Shown here piece by piece: positions 12,396-25,973 of a stretch of DNA of 64,000 nucleotides (positions are counted from its first letter, which is position 1; each line of letters begins with the position of its first letter). This DNA is from the human T2T-CHM13v2.0 reference genome, Homo sapiens. Below the pieces are notes generated by a model. The model saw only the letters and a list, made by a program, of their open reading frames with translations. It was not told the origin of the DNA and made no database searches. A program made the translations under genes and the position numbers. The stretch lies in NCBI RefSeq assembly GCF_009914755.1, contig NC_060936.1. The stretch is one strand, 5' to 3'.

Positions 12396-13995
12396 TTCTG
12401 GTTTTCATTTTCCAACGTAAGGAGCTTGAAAATTGACACTTCAAACTAACAAGTAAAACGTTGAACAAACTGAAAAATCAACAACTCTTCTTAGATCCAT
12501 AAGAGAAATGAGGTCACAGGGCAAACTGCTGTTCCTCAAAATTGGAGAGACAAGAGAGGCAGAAGCAGAGAATCACACCATACCTTAAAAGAAACCTCTA
12601 CTAGTAACATCGCTGGTGTAGGAAAACTTGAACTGTAATTGACAAATTGCTGGAGGTTAGGAGTGGACAAATCTGAGTTAAAAATTCCCAGGGAATGCAG
12701 TCATACAAGGGAACCAACAAATGTGAGTTTTACCTTCAATAGCTTGATCAGGTCTTTATAATAAATATCAGAAAAAAAATACCCTCATGCTTCTAGCAGA
12801 GGAAAGGGTAAAGGAACCATTCTGATATATGCCAGAGCATTCCATCCTTAACAAGGTTTGCCTTCAGAAGAAACTACCTTACCAGAGCCTAACCTACTGG
12901 GATTATATCAGAGACTGATCTGAGTGAAAGAAAATGGCTCACTTCAGGGCAGCGTACCCATATTGTCCCAGCGAATGGGGAAGGAAAAAAACCCTGAGAA
13001 ACACTTACGAAATTCACAGTTCAGAAGTAGAGGCACAATAAAAGATTAAGATCTAATCATAGGACTATAGATTTCTTCCTCTCTCTCCACATCACATTAC
13101 TAAAGGCTTATTTACAGCATTTCTATTCACCCAGTACATTACATCTGGCTATCAAAAAAAAAAAAAAAAAAATGAAGGCATGCTAAAAGGCAAAAACCGC
13201 AGTTCAAAGAGACAGAGCCAGCATAACAAGCAGACATGGCAGGGACATTGAAATTATCTAAAAGGGAATTTAAAACAACTTATTATTAGTATGCTAAGGG
13301 CTGTAATGGATAAAGTAGACAGCATGCCATAACAGATAGGCAATTTAAGCAAAGAGATGGAAATCTGAGAAAGAAGCAAAACAAAAAGTTAGAGATAAGA
13401 AAAACCATAAAAGAAAGAAAAAATGTCTTTGATGAGATTATTAATAGACTAAATGTATCTGAAGAAAGAATCTCTGAGCTTGAGGATATATCACTAGGAA
13501 CTTCCAAAACAGAAAAGAAAAGAGAACAAAGGCTCAAGTAACCAGCACAGAATACCCAAATATCATGAGACAACTCCAAAATTTATAACTTAAGCAGAAT
13601 AGAAATAACCAAAAGAGAAGAACTTAACAAATAATCATTATGGAAACAATAACAACTGAAAATTTCCCTAAATTAATGTCAGACAGAAAATAACAGATCC
13701 ATGGAGTCCAGAGAGTATTAAGCAGAACTGATGTCAAAAAATCCACACCTAAGCATATCATTTTAAACTATAGAAAATCAAAGATACAGAGAAAAATACC
13801 TTAAAAGAAGTTAGAGGAAAAGCAATACCTTACTTATGGAGAAGCCAAGATAAAAATTATGCGTGCTTTTTCTTAGAAGTCATGCAAGAAAAAACACAGT
13901 GGAATAAAATACTAAAGTGTTAAGATTTTTTTAAAAAAGGAATCACACCAACCTAGATTTCTATATTCGAAAAATTAATCTTCAGAAGTGAAGAA
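12396..13995 (+). mobile_element. L1MC host element, 5' region and ORF1 (segment 1)
   Basis: ctgaaaaatcaacaactcttcttagatcc 5' motif; ORF1 remnants gaagaaagaatctctgagcttgaggata through aaattaatcttcagaagtgaag. Confidence 0.8.
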
Positions 13996-16900
13996 TTGAC
14001 AAACCCATAACTAACATCATACTGAATAGAGAAATGCTGAAACCCCTTCCTCTAAGAAATGGAACAAGTATGCCTACTTTCGTTACTTCTGTTCTACATA
14101 GTACTGGAAGTCCTAGCCAGATCACTCAGGGAAGAGAAGAAAATAAAAGGCATACAAATTTTTTAAGTGATTGTCAAATTGTTTCTTTTTTCAGATAACA
14201 TGATCTTATACTTAGAAAAACCTAAATATTTCCCCCACAAAAACTTTTAGATATGATAAACAAATTTGATAAAGTTGTAGGGTACAAAAGCAACATACAA
14301 AAATTAGTAGAGTTTATTTATAGTAGTAATGAACTACCTGAAAAAGTATTCAACTAGCAATTCCATTTACAATAGCTAAATTTAATCAAGGAAATGAATG
14401 ACTTCTACAAGGAATATTAAACATACTGATGAAAATAACGGAAGACAAGCAAATGTATTGGCATTTCATGGTCATAGATCAAAAGGATTAATATTGTTAA
14501 AATGACCAAACTACCCAAAGCAATTTACAGATTCAATGCAATCTCTATCAAAATACCAATGATGTTTTTCACAGAAATATAAAAAAAATCTTAAAATATG
14601 TATGAGACACAAAAAAAGCCTCAATAGCTAAAGCAATTCTGAGTAAAAAGACCAAAGCTGGAGGCATCACATTACCTGACTACAAATATATTACAAGGTT
14701 ATAGTAAACAAATAGCATGGTATTGGTATAAAAACAGACACACAGGCTGATGAAACAGAATAGAAAACCCAGATTTAAAACCACATATTTACAGCTAATT
14801 GATTTTTAGCAAAGGCCAAGAATACGCATTAAGGAAAGGACATTCTCTTCCATAAATTATGCCAAGAAAACTGGATTTCCATATGCAGAAGAATGCAACT
14901 AAACTTCTATTTTTTACCATATAATCAACTCAAAATGGAGCAAAGACTTAAACATAAGACTCAAAATTATAAAACTATCAGGAGAAAAGATAGGGGAAAC
15001 CCTCTAATACATAGACGTAGGGAAAGATTTTATGGGTAAGACCTCAAAAACACAGCAACAAAACAAAAAATAGACAAAGGGGATTATATTAAATGGAAAA
15101 GCTCTTATACAGCAAAGGAAACCATAAACAGAGTGAAGATGCCACCTGTTAAAAGACAGAAAATATTTGCAAACTAGACATCCAACAATGGACCCAGAAT
15201 ATACAAGGAACTCAAACGACTCAACAGAAAAAAATTATAAAGTAGGTAAGGGATCTAAATAGACATTTCTCAAAAGAAAACATAAAATGGTACCAACAAG
15301 TTTATTAAAAAATGCTCAACATGACTAATCAGCAAAGAAGTGGAAATCAAAACCACAATAAGATACCTCATCTTAGTTAATATAGCTATTAATATTATCA
15401 GAAAGACAAAAATAACAAATGCTAGTGAGGATGTGAAGAGAAGAAAACTTATACATTGTTGGTTAAAATGAGTATTGGTTCAGTCATTATGGAAAAGAGT
15501 GTTAGTTTCTAAAAAAAAAAAAACTACACTAAAAATAGAACTATAATAAAATCTAGAAATTCCACTATTAGGTATTTATCCAAAGGAAAAGAAATCAATA
15601 TATCCAAGGGATACCTGCAAACTCATGTTTATTGCAGCACCATTCACAATAGCAAAAACATGGAATCAATGTAACTGTTCATCAATGAATAAAAGAATAA
15701 AGAAAATGTACCCTATTTATGAGAGGAATTTAAAGTTTATTGAAAATTGAATTAAAATATAAAAATAAAAAAACTTTATTTCTAACACAGGCTTCATCAA
15801 GGTCAAGACACTTTCGTAAGCAATGACAATAGCCATTTAGTCCACTCATAAAGAACTGACAGTCTTGGGAACTTAACCATGTCAATGTAGCCCTTTTTAA
15901 AGTGTAAACTCAAAAACATGGGTGCCCTTTACAGATTTTTAAGATTAGGAGACAAAAAAAGGAGGCAAATCAGGACTATAAGGAGCCAAATCAGGACTTT
16001 AAGGTAAATGTCTAATGAGTTTCCATGAAAGCTCTCACAAAATTGCGCTTGTTTGGTGAGAGGAATGAACAGAAGCATTGTCACGGTGGGAAGAATACTC
16101 TGGTAAAGTTTTCCTGGGTATTTTTCTGCTATAGCTTTGCATAAATTTTTAAAAACATTGTCCTTATAAGGAGAGGTATTCATCGTTTAGCCCTCAAGAA
16201 AGTTAACAGAAAAATGCCTTGATCATTCCATAAATTGTTGCCATAAACATTTCTGCTGACCAGTCTACTTTTGCTTTGACTGGACCACTTTCACCTCTTA
16301 GTAGCTATTGCTTTAATTGTGCTTTGTCTTCAGGATCATACCGGTGAAGCCATGTTTTATCTCCTGTTACAATTCTTTCAGAAAACGCTTCAGGATCTTG
16401 ATCTTTCTTTAAAATCAACATTGAAAGCTCTGCTCTTAGCTGCAACTGATCTGAGTGCAATGAATTTGGCACTCACTGAACAGAAAGTTTTTCAACTTTA
16501 TTTTTTCAGCCAGGATTGTGTAAGCTAAATTTAATTGAGATGTCTATAATTTTGGTTGTTATCTCTTCTGTTACTTGTTTGCCCTCTTTAGTTATGGCAT
16601 AAACAAGATGAATTTTTTCCTCACAAATTGGTATAGGTGGTCAGCTGCTATGGGTTCCATCTTTGACATCATCTCATCCCTTCTTAAAATGCATTATCCA
16701 TTTGTAAACTTCTGGTTTCTTTGGAGTAGTATTCCTATAAACTTTTGATAAAGCATGATGATTTCACCTTTCTTTTACACAAGAGTCACCATAAATTTCA
16801 TGTTTGTTCTTACTTCAATTTTAGCAGAATTTATGCTGCTCTGATCGGGCCTCATGTTTTATCCTTCTTAGTGCTTGAAACTAGGTCCTACTCAGATATG

Positions 16901-17506
16901 TTATATAACTTATTGCAAATTTAATTTGATGCAATAAAATTTTAAAAATATGCATAGATTTTATTCATAATACATGTTTCTCTGGAACGTTTTGAATGAT
17001 TCCCTGTATGCAGTAGAAAACAGTTTGGCCATAAATAAATTCAGTCATCTGCAATGACAGGGATAGAACATGAGGCTAATATATTAGGTGAAATAAGCCA
17101 GACGCAGAAAGCCAAACATGGCATGTTCTCACACATATGTAGGGGGTAAAAAAGTTAATCTCATGAAGGTAGAGATTAGAATGATTACCAGAGGCTGGAA
17201 AGGGTGTGTAGGGGTAGGGAACAAAAATACATTGGCTAATGGATAGAAACATAGAGTTAGAAAGAAGGAATATAGTCTAATGTCTTCTAGCAGAGTAAGG
17301 TGACTATAGTTAACAACAATATATTATATATTTCAAAATAGCTACAAGAGAAGACTTTAAATTTCTGAAACACACAGAAATAGTAAATGCTTGAGGTGAG
17401 AGATACCCTAAGTACTCTGAGTTGATCATTACACATTCTATACATGTAACAGATATATATCCGCTAAATATATACAAATATTATATCTCAGTAAAATTTT
17501 AAAAAA
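13996..17506 (+). mobile_element. 5'-truncated L1MA (L1MA3/4-like), interrupted by Hsmar2
   Basis: Begins within RT (gacaaacccataactaacatcatactgaat) and runs colinearly to an L1MA 3'UTR (gagttgatcattacacattctatacatgtaac) and A-rich end. Confidence 0.85.
15720..17006 (-). mobile_element. Full-length Hsmar2 mariner DNA transposon with dead transposase
   Basis: About 1.29 kb; degenerate TIRs (tgagaggaatttaaagtttattgaaaa ... tttctctggaacgttttgaatgattccctg) each flanked by TA; minus strand encodes IVTGDKTW, KAIAEKYPGKL (ORF 15929-16183), RDNA and SPDLAP; stops in the WVP and YSP motifs. Confidence 0.95.
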
Positions 17507-19461
17507 TATTATGAACATAAAACAACTTGTCAAAATTTACGGGATGCAGCAAAAGTAATGCTTAGATAAAAATTTATAATATTGAATGTGTATAGTAAAG
17601 AGAAGAAAGATTGAAAAATCAGTCATCTAAGCCTCTAACTAACAAAGTAGGGAAATAATAGCAAATTGAATTCAAAGTAGGCAGAAGAAAAAAATAAAAA
17701 ATTGGAGCAGAAATTAATAAAATGGAAAACATAAAACCAATGGAACAAATCAATGAAATCCAAAGCTGGTTTTTAAAATGACAAATAAAGTGGATAATAT
17801 GCTCCCATTATAACTAGGAAAAAAGGAGAGATGACACAACTTACTAGTGTCAGAAATAAAGGGGAGACATCACTGAAGATTCCATGGACATTAAAAAGAT
17901 AATAAATAAATAAATAATATGAACAGCTTTATGCCTTTAAGGTCGCTAACCTAGATTAAATGACCAATTTTCTGAAAGACAGGGCCCACCAAAACTCACA
18001 CAATAAGAAATAGACAATCTAATTAGGCTATATCTATTAAGAAATTGAATCAATAAATAATGAGCTTTCAAAGGAGAAATCACCAGACCCAGATGGGTTC
18101 ATTGGTAAATTTTACACAAGTTTTAAGCAATAAATTATACCAATTCTTTACAATCTCTTTCAGAAGATGGAAGCAGTAAAAATGCATCCTAACTCATATT
18201 ATATAATTTACACTTATACAAAAACAGTCAAACACATTACAATCAAAGTCATTACAAGAAAAGGTTATTATTCCTCATGAAAATACAAGCAAAAATCCTC
18301 AACAAAGTATTAGCAGGCTGAATCCAACAATATACAAAAATAATTAAACATCACAACCAAGTAAGTTTTATTCCTGGTATGCAAAGCTGGTTCAATATTC
18401 AATAATCAATTAATGTAATCAATAATATCAGCAGACTAAAAAAGAAAAATGATCATATCAATAAATGTAGAAAATGTATTTGACAAAGTCTAACATCCAT
18501 TTATTATAAAAATGCTCAATAAACTAGGAATAAAAGGAATCTTCCTCATTTCATGAAGAATATCTACAAAACTATGGAGATAATATAATACTTAACAGCA
18601 AGAAACTAGAAACTTTTAAAATAAGATTAGGAGGAAGGCAAGAATGCACCCTCTTGGAACTCTTTTTCAACATTATATTGGAAGTCCTAGCTAATGAAAT
18701 GAAAAAAAAGAAAAAGGTGTACACATTGAGAAAAGAGAAATAAAACTGTTTTTGTTTTCAGATGATATGATTATCTATGTAGAACATTCAACAAAATTGG
18801 AACAAAAAAATAAGAAAGAACACCTGGAACTAATAAATAATTATAAAATGGTTGCTGGATACAAGGTTAATACACAAAAATCAAACACTTTCCTATATAA
18901 TAGCAACAAACAAGAGGACTATGAAATTTAAAACATAATACCATTTACATTATCACAACAAAAATGAAATACATAGGTATAAATCTAACAATATATGCAA
19001 AATATAATAAGATCTATTTGATAAAAACTATAAGACATTGAATAAAGAAATCAAAGAACTAAATAGATGAAGAGATAGTCTGTATTCATAGATTAAAAGA
19101 CAATATTGTCAAGACGTGAGTTGTTACCACCTTTGCCTAAAAATTAAATGCAACTCCAATAAAAATCACAGCAAATTATTTGGTTGATATCAAAAAACTA
19201 ATTCTAAAGTCTATTTGAGGAGGAAAAAGATCCAGAATAGCCAACATAATTTTAAAGAAGAACAAAGTTATAGGACTGATACTACTTATATTCTACAGTT
19301 ACTATAAAGCTACAATAATCAAGACTGTAGTATTGATGGATTAATAAACAAATGGGTCAATGGAATAGAATAGAAAGTCCAGTAATAGACCCACACAAAT
19401 ATAGTCAACTGATCTTTGACAAAGGAGCAAATGCAATATAATAAAGAAAAGATAGTTTTTC
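17507..19461 (+). mobile_element. L1MC host element, ORF2 (segment 2)
   Basis: caaaatttacgggatgcagcaaaag (QNLxDAAK) through ttttcagatgatatgatt (FADD-like) to gatctttgacaaaggagc. Confidence 0.85.
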
Positions 19462-21272
19462 TGGCCAAGATGGCTTACCAGAAGCAGCTGCAGTGTGTGG
19501 CTCTTACCAAAAAAAATGAAAATCACAAGTTAATTCTGCACCTTCAACTGAGGTATTCAGGTTCTCTCATCATGACTAGGCAGTTGTTGTGACCCACGGA
19601 GAGCAAGGAAAAGCAGGGTGGGGCAACAGCCCACCTAGGAGCTACACGGGGTAAGGGGAGCTCCCTTCCCCCGCCAGGCAAGAGAGGCGGTAAGTGATTG
19701 TGCTATGCCCCCTGGGAAACCATGCTTTTGCCATGGACCTTTGCAACTCAGAAAATAGGAGATTCCCCTTGTGAGCCCACGTCACCAGGGCCTTTGGCCC
19801 CAACCACAGAGCTGTACAGACTCCCCAGACTCTGTTCGGCAGTCGCTCTGGCAGGCACTGAGACGCAGGAGTTCTTTTGCATACTTTGTCCTCAGGAATT
19901 CCAGTGAGGCAGGAGATTGTTCACTTCTTTAGGAAGAGGGCTGAAGCCAGGGAGCCAAGTGGCATCATTCAGCGGGCCCCAATCCCACGAAACCTTACCA
20001 ACTAAGACCCGCTGGCTTGGAAAGCTTGCCAGACAGTGGCAGCAGGCTGGAGAATTCCAAAAACGACTGAGTTCCCAGGGAGAGGGACAGCCACCACTGT
20101 CTCTGAGTCTCCAGTCGGCTGTTTTCCCCTGTCGGTGCTGGGGAGACTGGGTGGTTAGGACCAGGAGGAATTCCCCACAGTGCACCACAGCAGTTGTGGC
20201 AGATCATGGCCAGACTGCTTCTTTAAGTGGAAGCCCAATCCATCCCTCAACATCAGGCAAAGCCTCCCCATGGGAATTTCAGCAACTCCAGCCAAGGGTT
20301 TACGAACAGAACTCTAATCTGTGGGGAGGGGCAGGCATGGTCTTTGCAGTTCAGTCTACTTAGTCTTTCCTGACAGCTGGCTCAGAAGAGTCCAGACAGC
20401 CCGAACACAGGTGATTTGCCCCAGCACAGTATACCTGCTCCACCAAAGGGCAGCAAGACTGCTTTTAAAGTGAATCTCTGATCCCTTTTCTTCTGTCTGA
20501 GTGAGACCACCCAACAGTGGTTGCCAGACACCTTATACAGGAACATTCCAGCCAGCATCAGGTTAGTGCCCTCTGGAATGGAGCCCCCATAAAAGGAGCA
20601 CGCTGCCATCTTTGCTGTTTTGCAGACTCCACTGGTGACACCTCCAGGTGTGGGATGGACCCAAGTGAATAGGGTCTGGAGTGGACCCCCAGCAAATCGC
20701 AGCAGCCCTATGGAAGAGAGGCCAGATTTAAAATTAAAAACAGAAAGCAACAACAACAACATCAACAAAAAAGACCCCACAAAAAAACCCCATCCAAAGG
20801 TCAGCAGCCTCAAAGAACAAAGCTAGATAAATCCACAAAGGTGATAAAGAATCTGTGCAAAAATGTAGAAAATTCAAAAAGCCAGAGTGCCTTATCTACT
20901 CCAAATGATCGCAACACCTCTCCAGCAAGGGCACAGAACTGGTCTGAGGGTGAGAAGGATGAATGAAAGATGCAGGCTTCAGAAGGTGGGTAATAACAAA
21001 CTTTGCTGAAGTAAAGCAACATGTTCTAACACAATGCAAACCATGATAAAACATTACAGGAGCTGATAACCAGAATAAACAGTTTAGAGAGGAACATTAA
21101 ATTACCTGATGGAGCTGAAAAACACAACACGAGAACTTCACAATGCGATCACAAATGTCAGTAGTTGAATAGATCAAGCAGAGGACAGAATTTCAGAACT
21201 TAAAGATTATCTTACTGAAATAAGACAGGCAGACAAGATTAGAGAAAAAAAATTAAAAGAAACAAAACCCTT

Positions 21273-21507
21273 AGGCAGGCGGATCACAAGGTCAGGAGAT
21301 CGAGATCATCCTGGCTAACATGGTGAAACCCTGTCTCTACTAAAAATACAAAAACGAAATTAGCCGGGCGTGATGGTGGGCACCTGTAGTCCCAGCTACT
21401 CAGGAGGCTGAGGCAGGAGAATGGTGTGAACCCAGGAGGCGGCGCTTGCAGTGAGCAGAGATCACGCCACTGCACTCCAGCCTGGGCAACAGAGCAAGAC
21501 TCCATCT

Positions 21508-21534
<27 letters not shown>
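21273..21534 (+). mobile_element. 5'-truncated AluY inside L1 ORF1
   Basis: AluY diagnostics gagatcgagatcatcctggctaac and gaatggtgtgaaccc; long pure poly(A); perfect 18-bp TSD aaaagaaacaaaaccctt. Confidence 0.95.
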
Positions 21535-21540
<6 letters not shown>

Positions 21541-23704
21541 AACAAAACCCTTGAGAAATGTGGGATTATGTAAAAAGACTAAACCTATGACTGATTGGGG
21601 TACCTGAAAGAGATGGGGAGAATGGAACTACGTTGGAAATGATACCTCAGAATTATCATCCAGAAGAATATTCCAACCTAGCAAGGCAGGCCAACATTCA
21701 AATTTAGGAAATCCAAAGAATCCCAGTGGGATTCTCCACAAGAAAATCAACCTCAAAACAAATAATCATTAGATTCTCCAAGGTTGAAAGGAAAGAAAAA
21801 TGTTAAGGTCAGCCAGAGAGAAAGGACAGGTCACCTACAAAGAAAAGCTCATTAGACTAATGGTGGATCTCTCAGCAGAAACCCTACAAGCCAAAAGAGT
21901 TTAGGACAAATATTCAACATTCTTAAATGAAAGAATTACCACCCCAGAATTTCATTTCTGGCCAAATTAAGCTCCATAAGCAAAAGAAAATAAGATCCTT
22001 TACGGACAAGCGAATGTTAAGGGAATTCATCGCCACCAGGCCTGCCTTGCAAGAGCTCCTAAAGGAAGCACTAAATACAGAAAGGAAAAACTGTTACCAG
22101 ACACTACAAAAACACACTGAAATTCACAGACCAATCACACTATGAAGGAGTTACATAAACAAGTCTACAAAATAACAAGCTAGCATCATCATGACAGGAC
22201 CAAATCATACATAACAATATTAACCTTAAATGTAAATGGACTAAATCCTCCGATTATAAGACACAGAATGGCAGAATGGATAAAAACCCATTGGTGTGCT
22301 GTATTCAAGAAACACTTTTCATGTACAAAGACACAAATAGGCTGAAAAAAAGTAATGGAGGAAAATTTACTAAGAAAATGGAAAACAGAAAAAAAGTAAG
22401 GGTTGGAATCCTAGTTTCTGACAAAACAGACTTTAAACTAACAAAGATCAAAAAATACAAAAAAGAGGAATACAAAATGGTAAAGTGTTTGATTCAACAA
22501 GAAGAGCTAAATATCCTAAGTATATATGCACACAATATAGGAGAACCCAGATTTATAAATGGGTTCTGAGAGACCAAGAAAGAGACTTACACTCCCACAC
22601 AATAATAGTGAGAGACTTCAACTATAAATATTAGACAGATCATTAAGACAGAAAATGAACAAACATATTAAGTATCTGAACTCAGCTCTGGATCAAGTGA
22701 ACCTCATAGGTATCCACAAAACTCTTTGCCCCAAAACAACAGAATATACATTGTTCTCATCACTGCATGGCACTCACTGTAAAAGTGATTATATAATTGA
22801 AAGTAAATCACTCCTCAGCAAATGCAACAGAACTGAAATCATAATGAACAGTCTCTCATATTACATCTCAATTAAATTAAAACTCGAGATAAAGAAACCC
22901 ACTCCAAACCACACAACTACATGGAAATTGAACAAGCTGCTCCTGAATGACTCATGGTAAATAATAAAATGAAGGTAGATGTCAAAAAGTTTTTTGAAAC
23001 TAATGAGAAGAAAGAGACAACATATGAGAATCTCTGGGATGCAGCTAAAGCAGTGTTAACAGGGAAATTTATATCATGAAATGCCCTATCAAAAACCCAG
23101 AAAGATCTCAAATTGACATCCTAAAATCACAACTAAAAGAACTAGAGAACCAAGAGCAAACGAACCACAAAACTAGCAGAAGATAAGAAATAACCAAGAT
23201 CAGAGCAGAACTGAAGCAGATAGAGACATGAAAAACCGTTCAAATATCAATAAATCCAGGAGCTTTTTCTTTTGAAAAATTAACAAAAGATAGACCACTA
23301 GCTAGACTAATAAAGAAGAAAAGAGAGAAGAATCAAATATACACCAATCAGAAATGATAAAGGGGATATCACCACTGACTCCACAGAAATACAAACAACC
23401 ATCAGAGAATATTATATACACCTCAGTGAAAATGAAGTAAAAAAAATGGAAGAAATGGATACATTCTTGTAGGCATACATCCACCCAAGACTGAACCAGG
23501 AAGAAGTTGAATCCCTGAATAGACCAATAACAAAATCTGATATTAAGGCAGTAGTAAATAGCCTACCAAGCAAAAAAAGCCCAGGACTAGATGGATTTAC
23601 AGCAGAATTTTACCAGAGGTAAAAAGAGAAGCTGGTAGCATTTCTTTTGAAACTATTCCAAACAATTAAAAAGGAGGGGCTCCTCCCTAACTCATTTTAT
23701 AGGG

Positions 23705-25973
23705 TGATATGATTGCCTGTGTCCCCACCCAAATCTCATCTTGAATTGTAGCTCACACAATTCCATGTGTTGTGGGAGGGACCCAGTGGGTGGTAATTGA
23801 ATCATGGGGGTGAGTCTTTCCTGTGCTATTCTCATAATTGTGAATAAGTCTCATGAGATCTGATGGTTTTATAAAGGGGAGTTTTCCAGCACACGTTCTC
23901 TTCTCTTGTCTGCCACCGTGTGAGATGTGCTTTTCACTTTACACCAAGATTGTGAGGCCTCCCCACCCACATGAAACTGTGAGTCCATTAAACCTCTTTC
24001 TTTTGTAAATTTCCCAGTCTTAGCTATGTCTTTATCAGCAGCATGAAAATGGACTAATACAGTAAATTGGTAGCAGTAGAGTGGGGGCACTGCTGAAGAT
24101 ACCCCAAAATGTGGAAGCAGCTTTGGAACTGGGTAAGAGGTGTAAGTTGGAGCAGTTTAGAGGACTCAAAAGAAGACAGAAAAATATGGGAAAGTTTGGA
24201 ACTCCCTAGAGAGTTGTTGAATGGCTTTGACCAAAATGCTGATGATGATATGAACAATGAAATCCAGGCAGAGGTGGTCTCAGATGGAGATGAGGAACTT
24301 GCTGGGAACTGGAGTAAAGGTGATTCTTGCTATGTTTTAGCAAAGAGACTGGGGCATGTTGCCTCTGCCCTAGAGACTTGTGGAACTTTGAACTTGGGAG
24401 ATATGATTTAGGGTATCTGCTGGAAGAAATTTCTAAGCAGCAAAACATTCAACAGGTAACTTTGTTGCTGTTAAAGACATTCAGTTTTAACAGTTCAGAA
24501 AATTTCCATCCTGACAATGCCATACAAAACAAAATCCCATTTTCTGAGGAGAAGTACAGCTGGCTGCAGAAATTTGCAAAAGTAATGAGGAGCCTAAGGT
24601 TAATCACCGAGACAATGGAGAAGTCTCCAGGGCATATCAGAGGTCTTGATAGCAGCCCCTCCCATCACAGGCCCAGAATCCTAGGAGGAAAAAAATGGTT
24701 TATTGGGCCAGGCCCTGGGTTCCTCTGCTGTGTGCAGTTAGGGACTTAGTGCTCTTTGTCCCAGCCACTTCAGACATTAATAAAAGGGGACAAAATACAG
24801 CTTGGGCCATGGCTTGAGAGGGTGTAACCCTCGTCTTATCAGCTTCCACATGTTGTTGAACCTGAGGGGGCATAGAAGTCAAGAATTGAGGTTTGGGAAC
24901 CTCTGCCTAGAATTCAGAGGATCTATGGATATGCCTAGATGTCCAGGCAGAAGTCTACTGCAGGGGTGGGGGCCTTGTGAAGAACTTTTGCTAGGGCAGT
25001 ACAGAAGGGAAATGTGGGGTGGGTGCCCCAACACAAAGTCCCCACTGGGATGCTGCCTAGTGGAGCTGTGAGAAGAAGGCCACTGACCTTCGGACCTCAG
25101 AATGGTAGATCCACGGACAGCTTGCACTGTGCAACTAGAAAAGCTGAACTCACTCAACACCAACCTGTGAAAGCAGCTGGGAGGGAGGCTGTGTCCTGCA
25201 AAGCCACCAGGGTGGAGCTTCCCAATACCATGGGAACCCACCTCTTGCATCAGCAAGGCACAGATGCAACACATGGAGTAGAAGGAGAAAAAGCTCATTT
25301 TACAGCTTTGAGACTTGGCTGCCCTGCTGGATTTCAGACTTTCATGGGGCCTGTAGCACCTTTGTTTAGCCAATTCCTACCATTTGGAATGGCTGTATTT
25401 ACCCAATGTCTGTACCCCCACTGTATCTAAAAAGTAACTAACTTGCTTTTGATTTTTACAGGCTTACAGGCGGAAGAGACTTGCCTTGACTCAGATGAGA
25501 CATTGGACTGTGGACTTTTGAGTTAATGCTGAAGTGAATTCAGACTTTCAGGGACTGTTGGGAAGGCATGATTTGTTTTGAAATGTGAGGACATGAGATT
25601 TGGGAGGGGCCAGCAGTAGAATGATGTGGTTTGGCCCCACCCAAATCTCATCTTAAATTGTAGCTTCCACAGTTACCACATGTTGTGGGATGGACCTGGT
25701 GGGAGGTAATTGGATCATAGGGGCAGGGATTTTCCATGCTGCTATCATGAAAGTGAGTTAGTCTCAACAATATCTGAAGTTTTTTAAAGGAGAGTTTCCC
25801 TGCACAAATTATCTTCTCTTGTCTGCCACCATGTAAGATATGCCTTTCACCTTCTGCCATGACTGTGAGGCCTCCTCATCCACATGAAACTGTGAGTCTG
25901 TAAACCTCTTTCTTTTGTAAATTTCCCATTCTTATGCATGTCTTTATCAGCAGTGTGAAAATGGACTAATACA
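23705..25973 (+). mobile_element. Complete THE1B MaLR provirus (LTR 23705-24061, internal 24062-25621, LTR 25622-25973)
   Basis: Both LTRs begin tgat and end ggactaataca; internal ORF remnant WESLELPRELLNGFDQNAD; splits L1 ctcatttta/tgaggccagc with degenerate 5-bp TSD taggg/tgagg. Confidence 0.95.

Noticed and set aside
19698-20826. Cluster of 70-148 aa ORFs
   Set aside because: Chance ORFs in the GC-richer L1 5'UTR; no intact ORF1 or ORF2 follows, so the L1 is not active
23958-23970. PRDM9-A hotspot motif in the THE1B LTRs
   Set aside because: The LTRs read cctccccacccac and cctcctcatccac; both lack the T at position 7 of CCNCCNTNNCCNC
24109-25430. ORFs of 100-164 aa as a novel gene
   Set aside because: They lie within the THE1B internal region and are frameshifted remnants or antisense frames of the known MaLR ORF; a homologous piece occurs at 57328-57528
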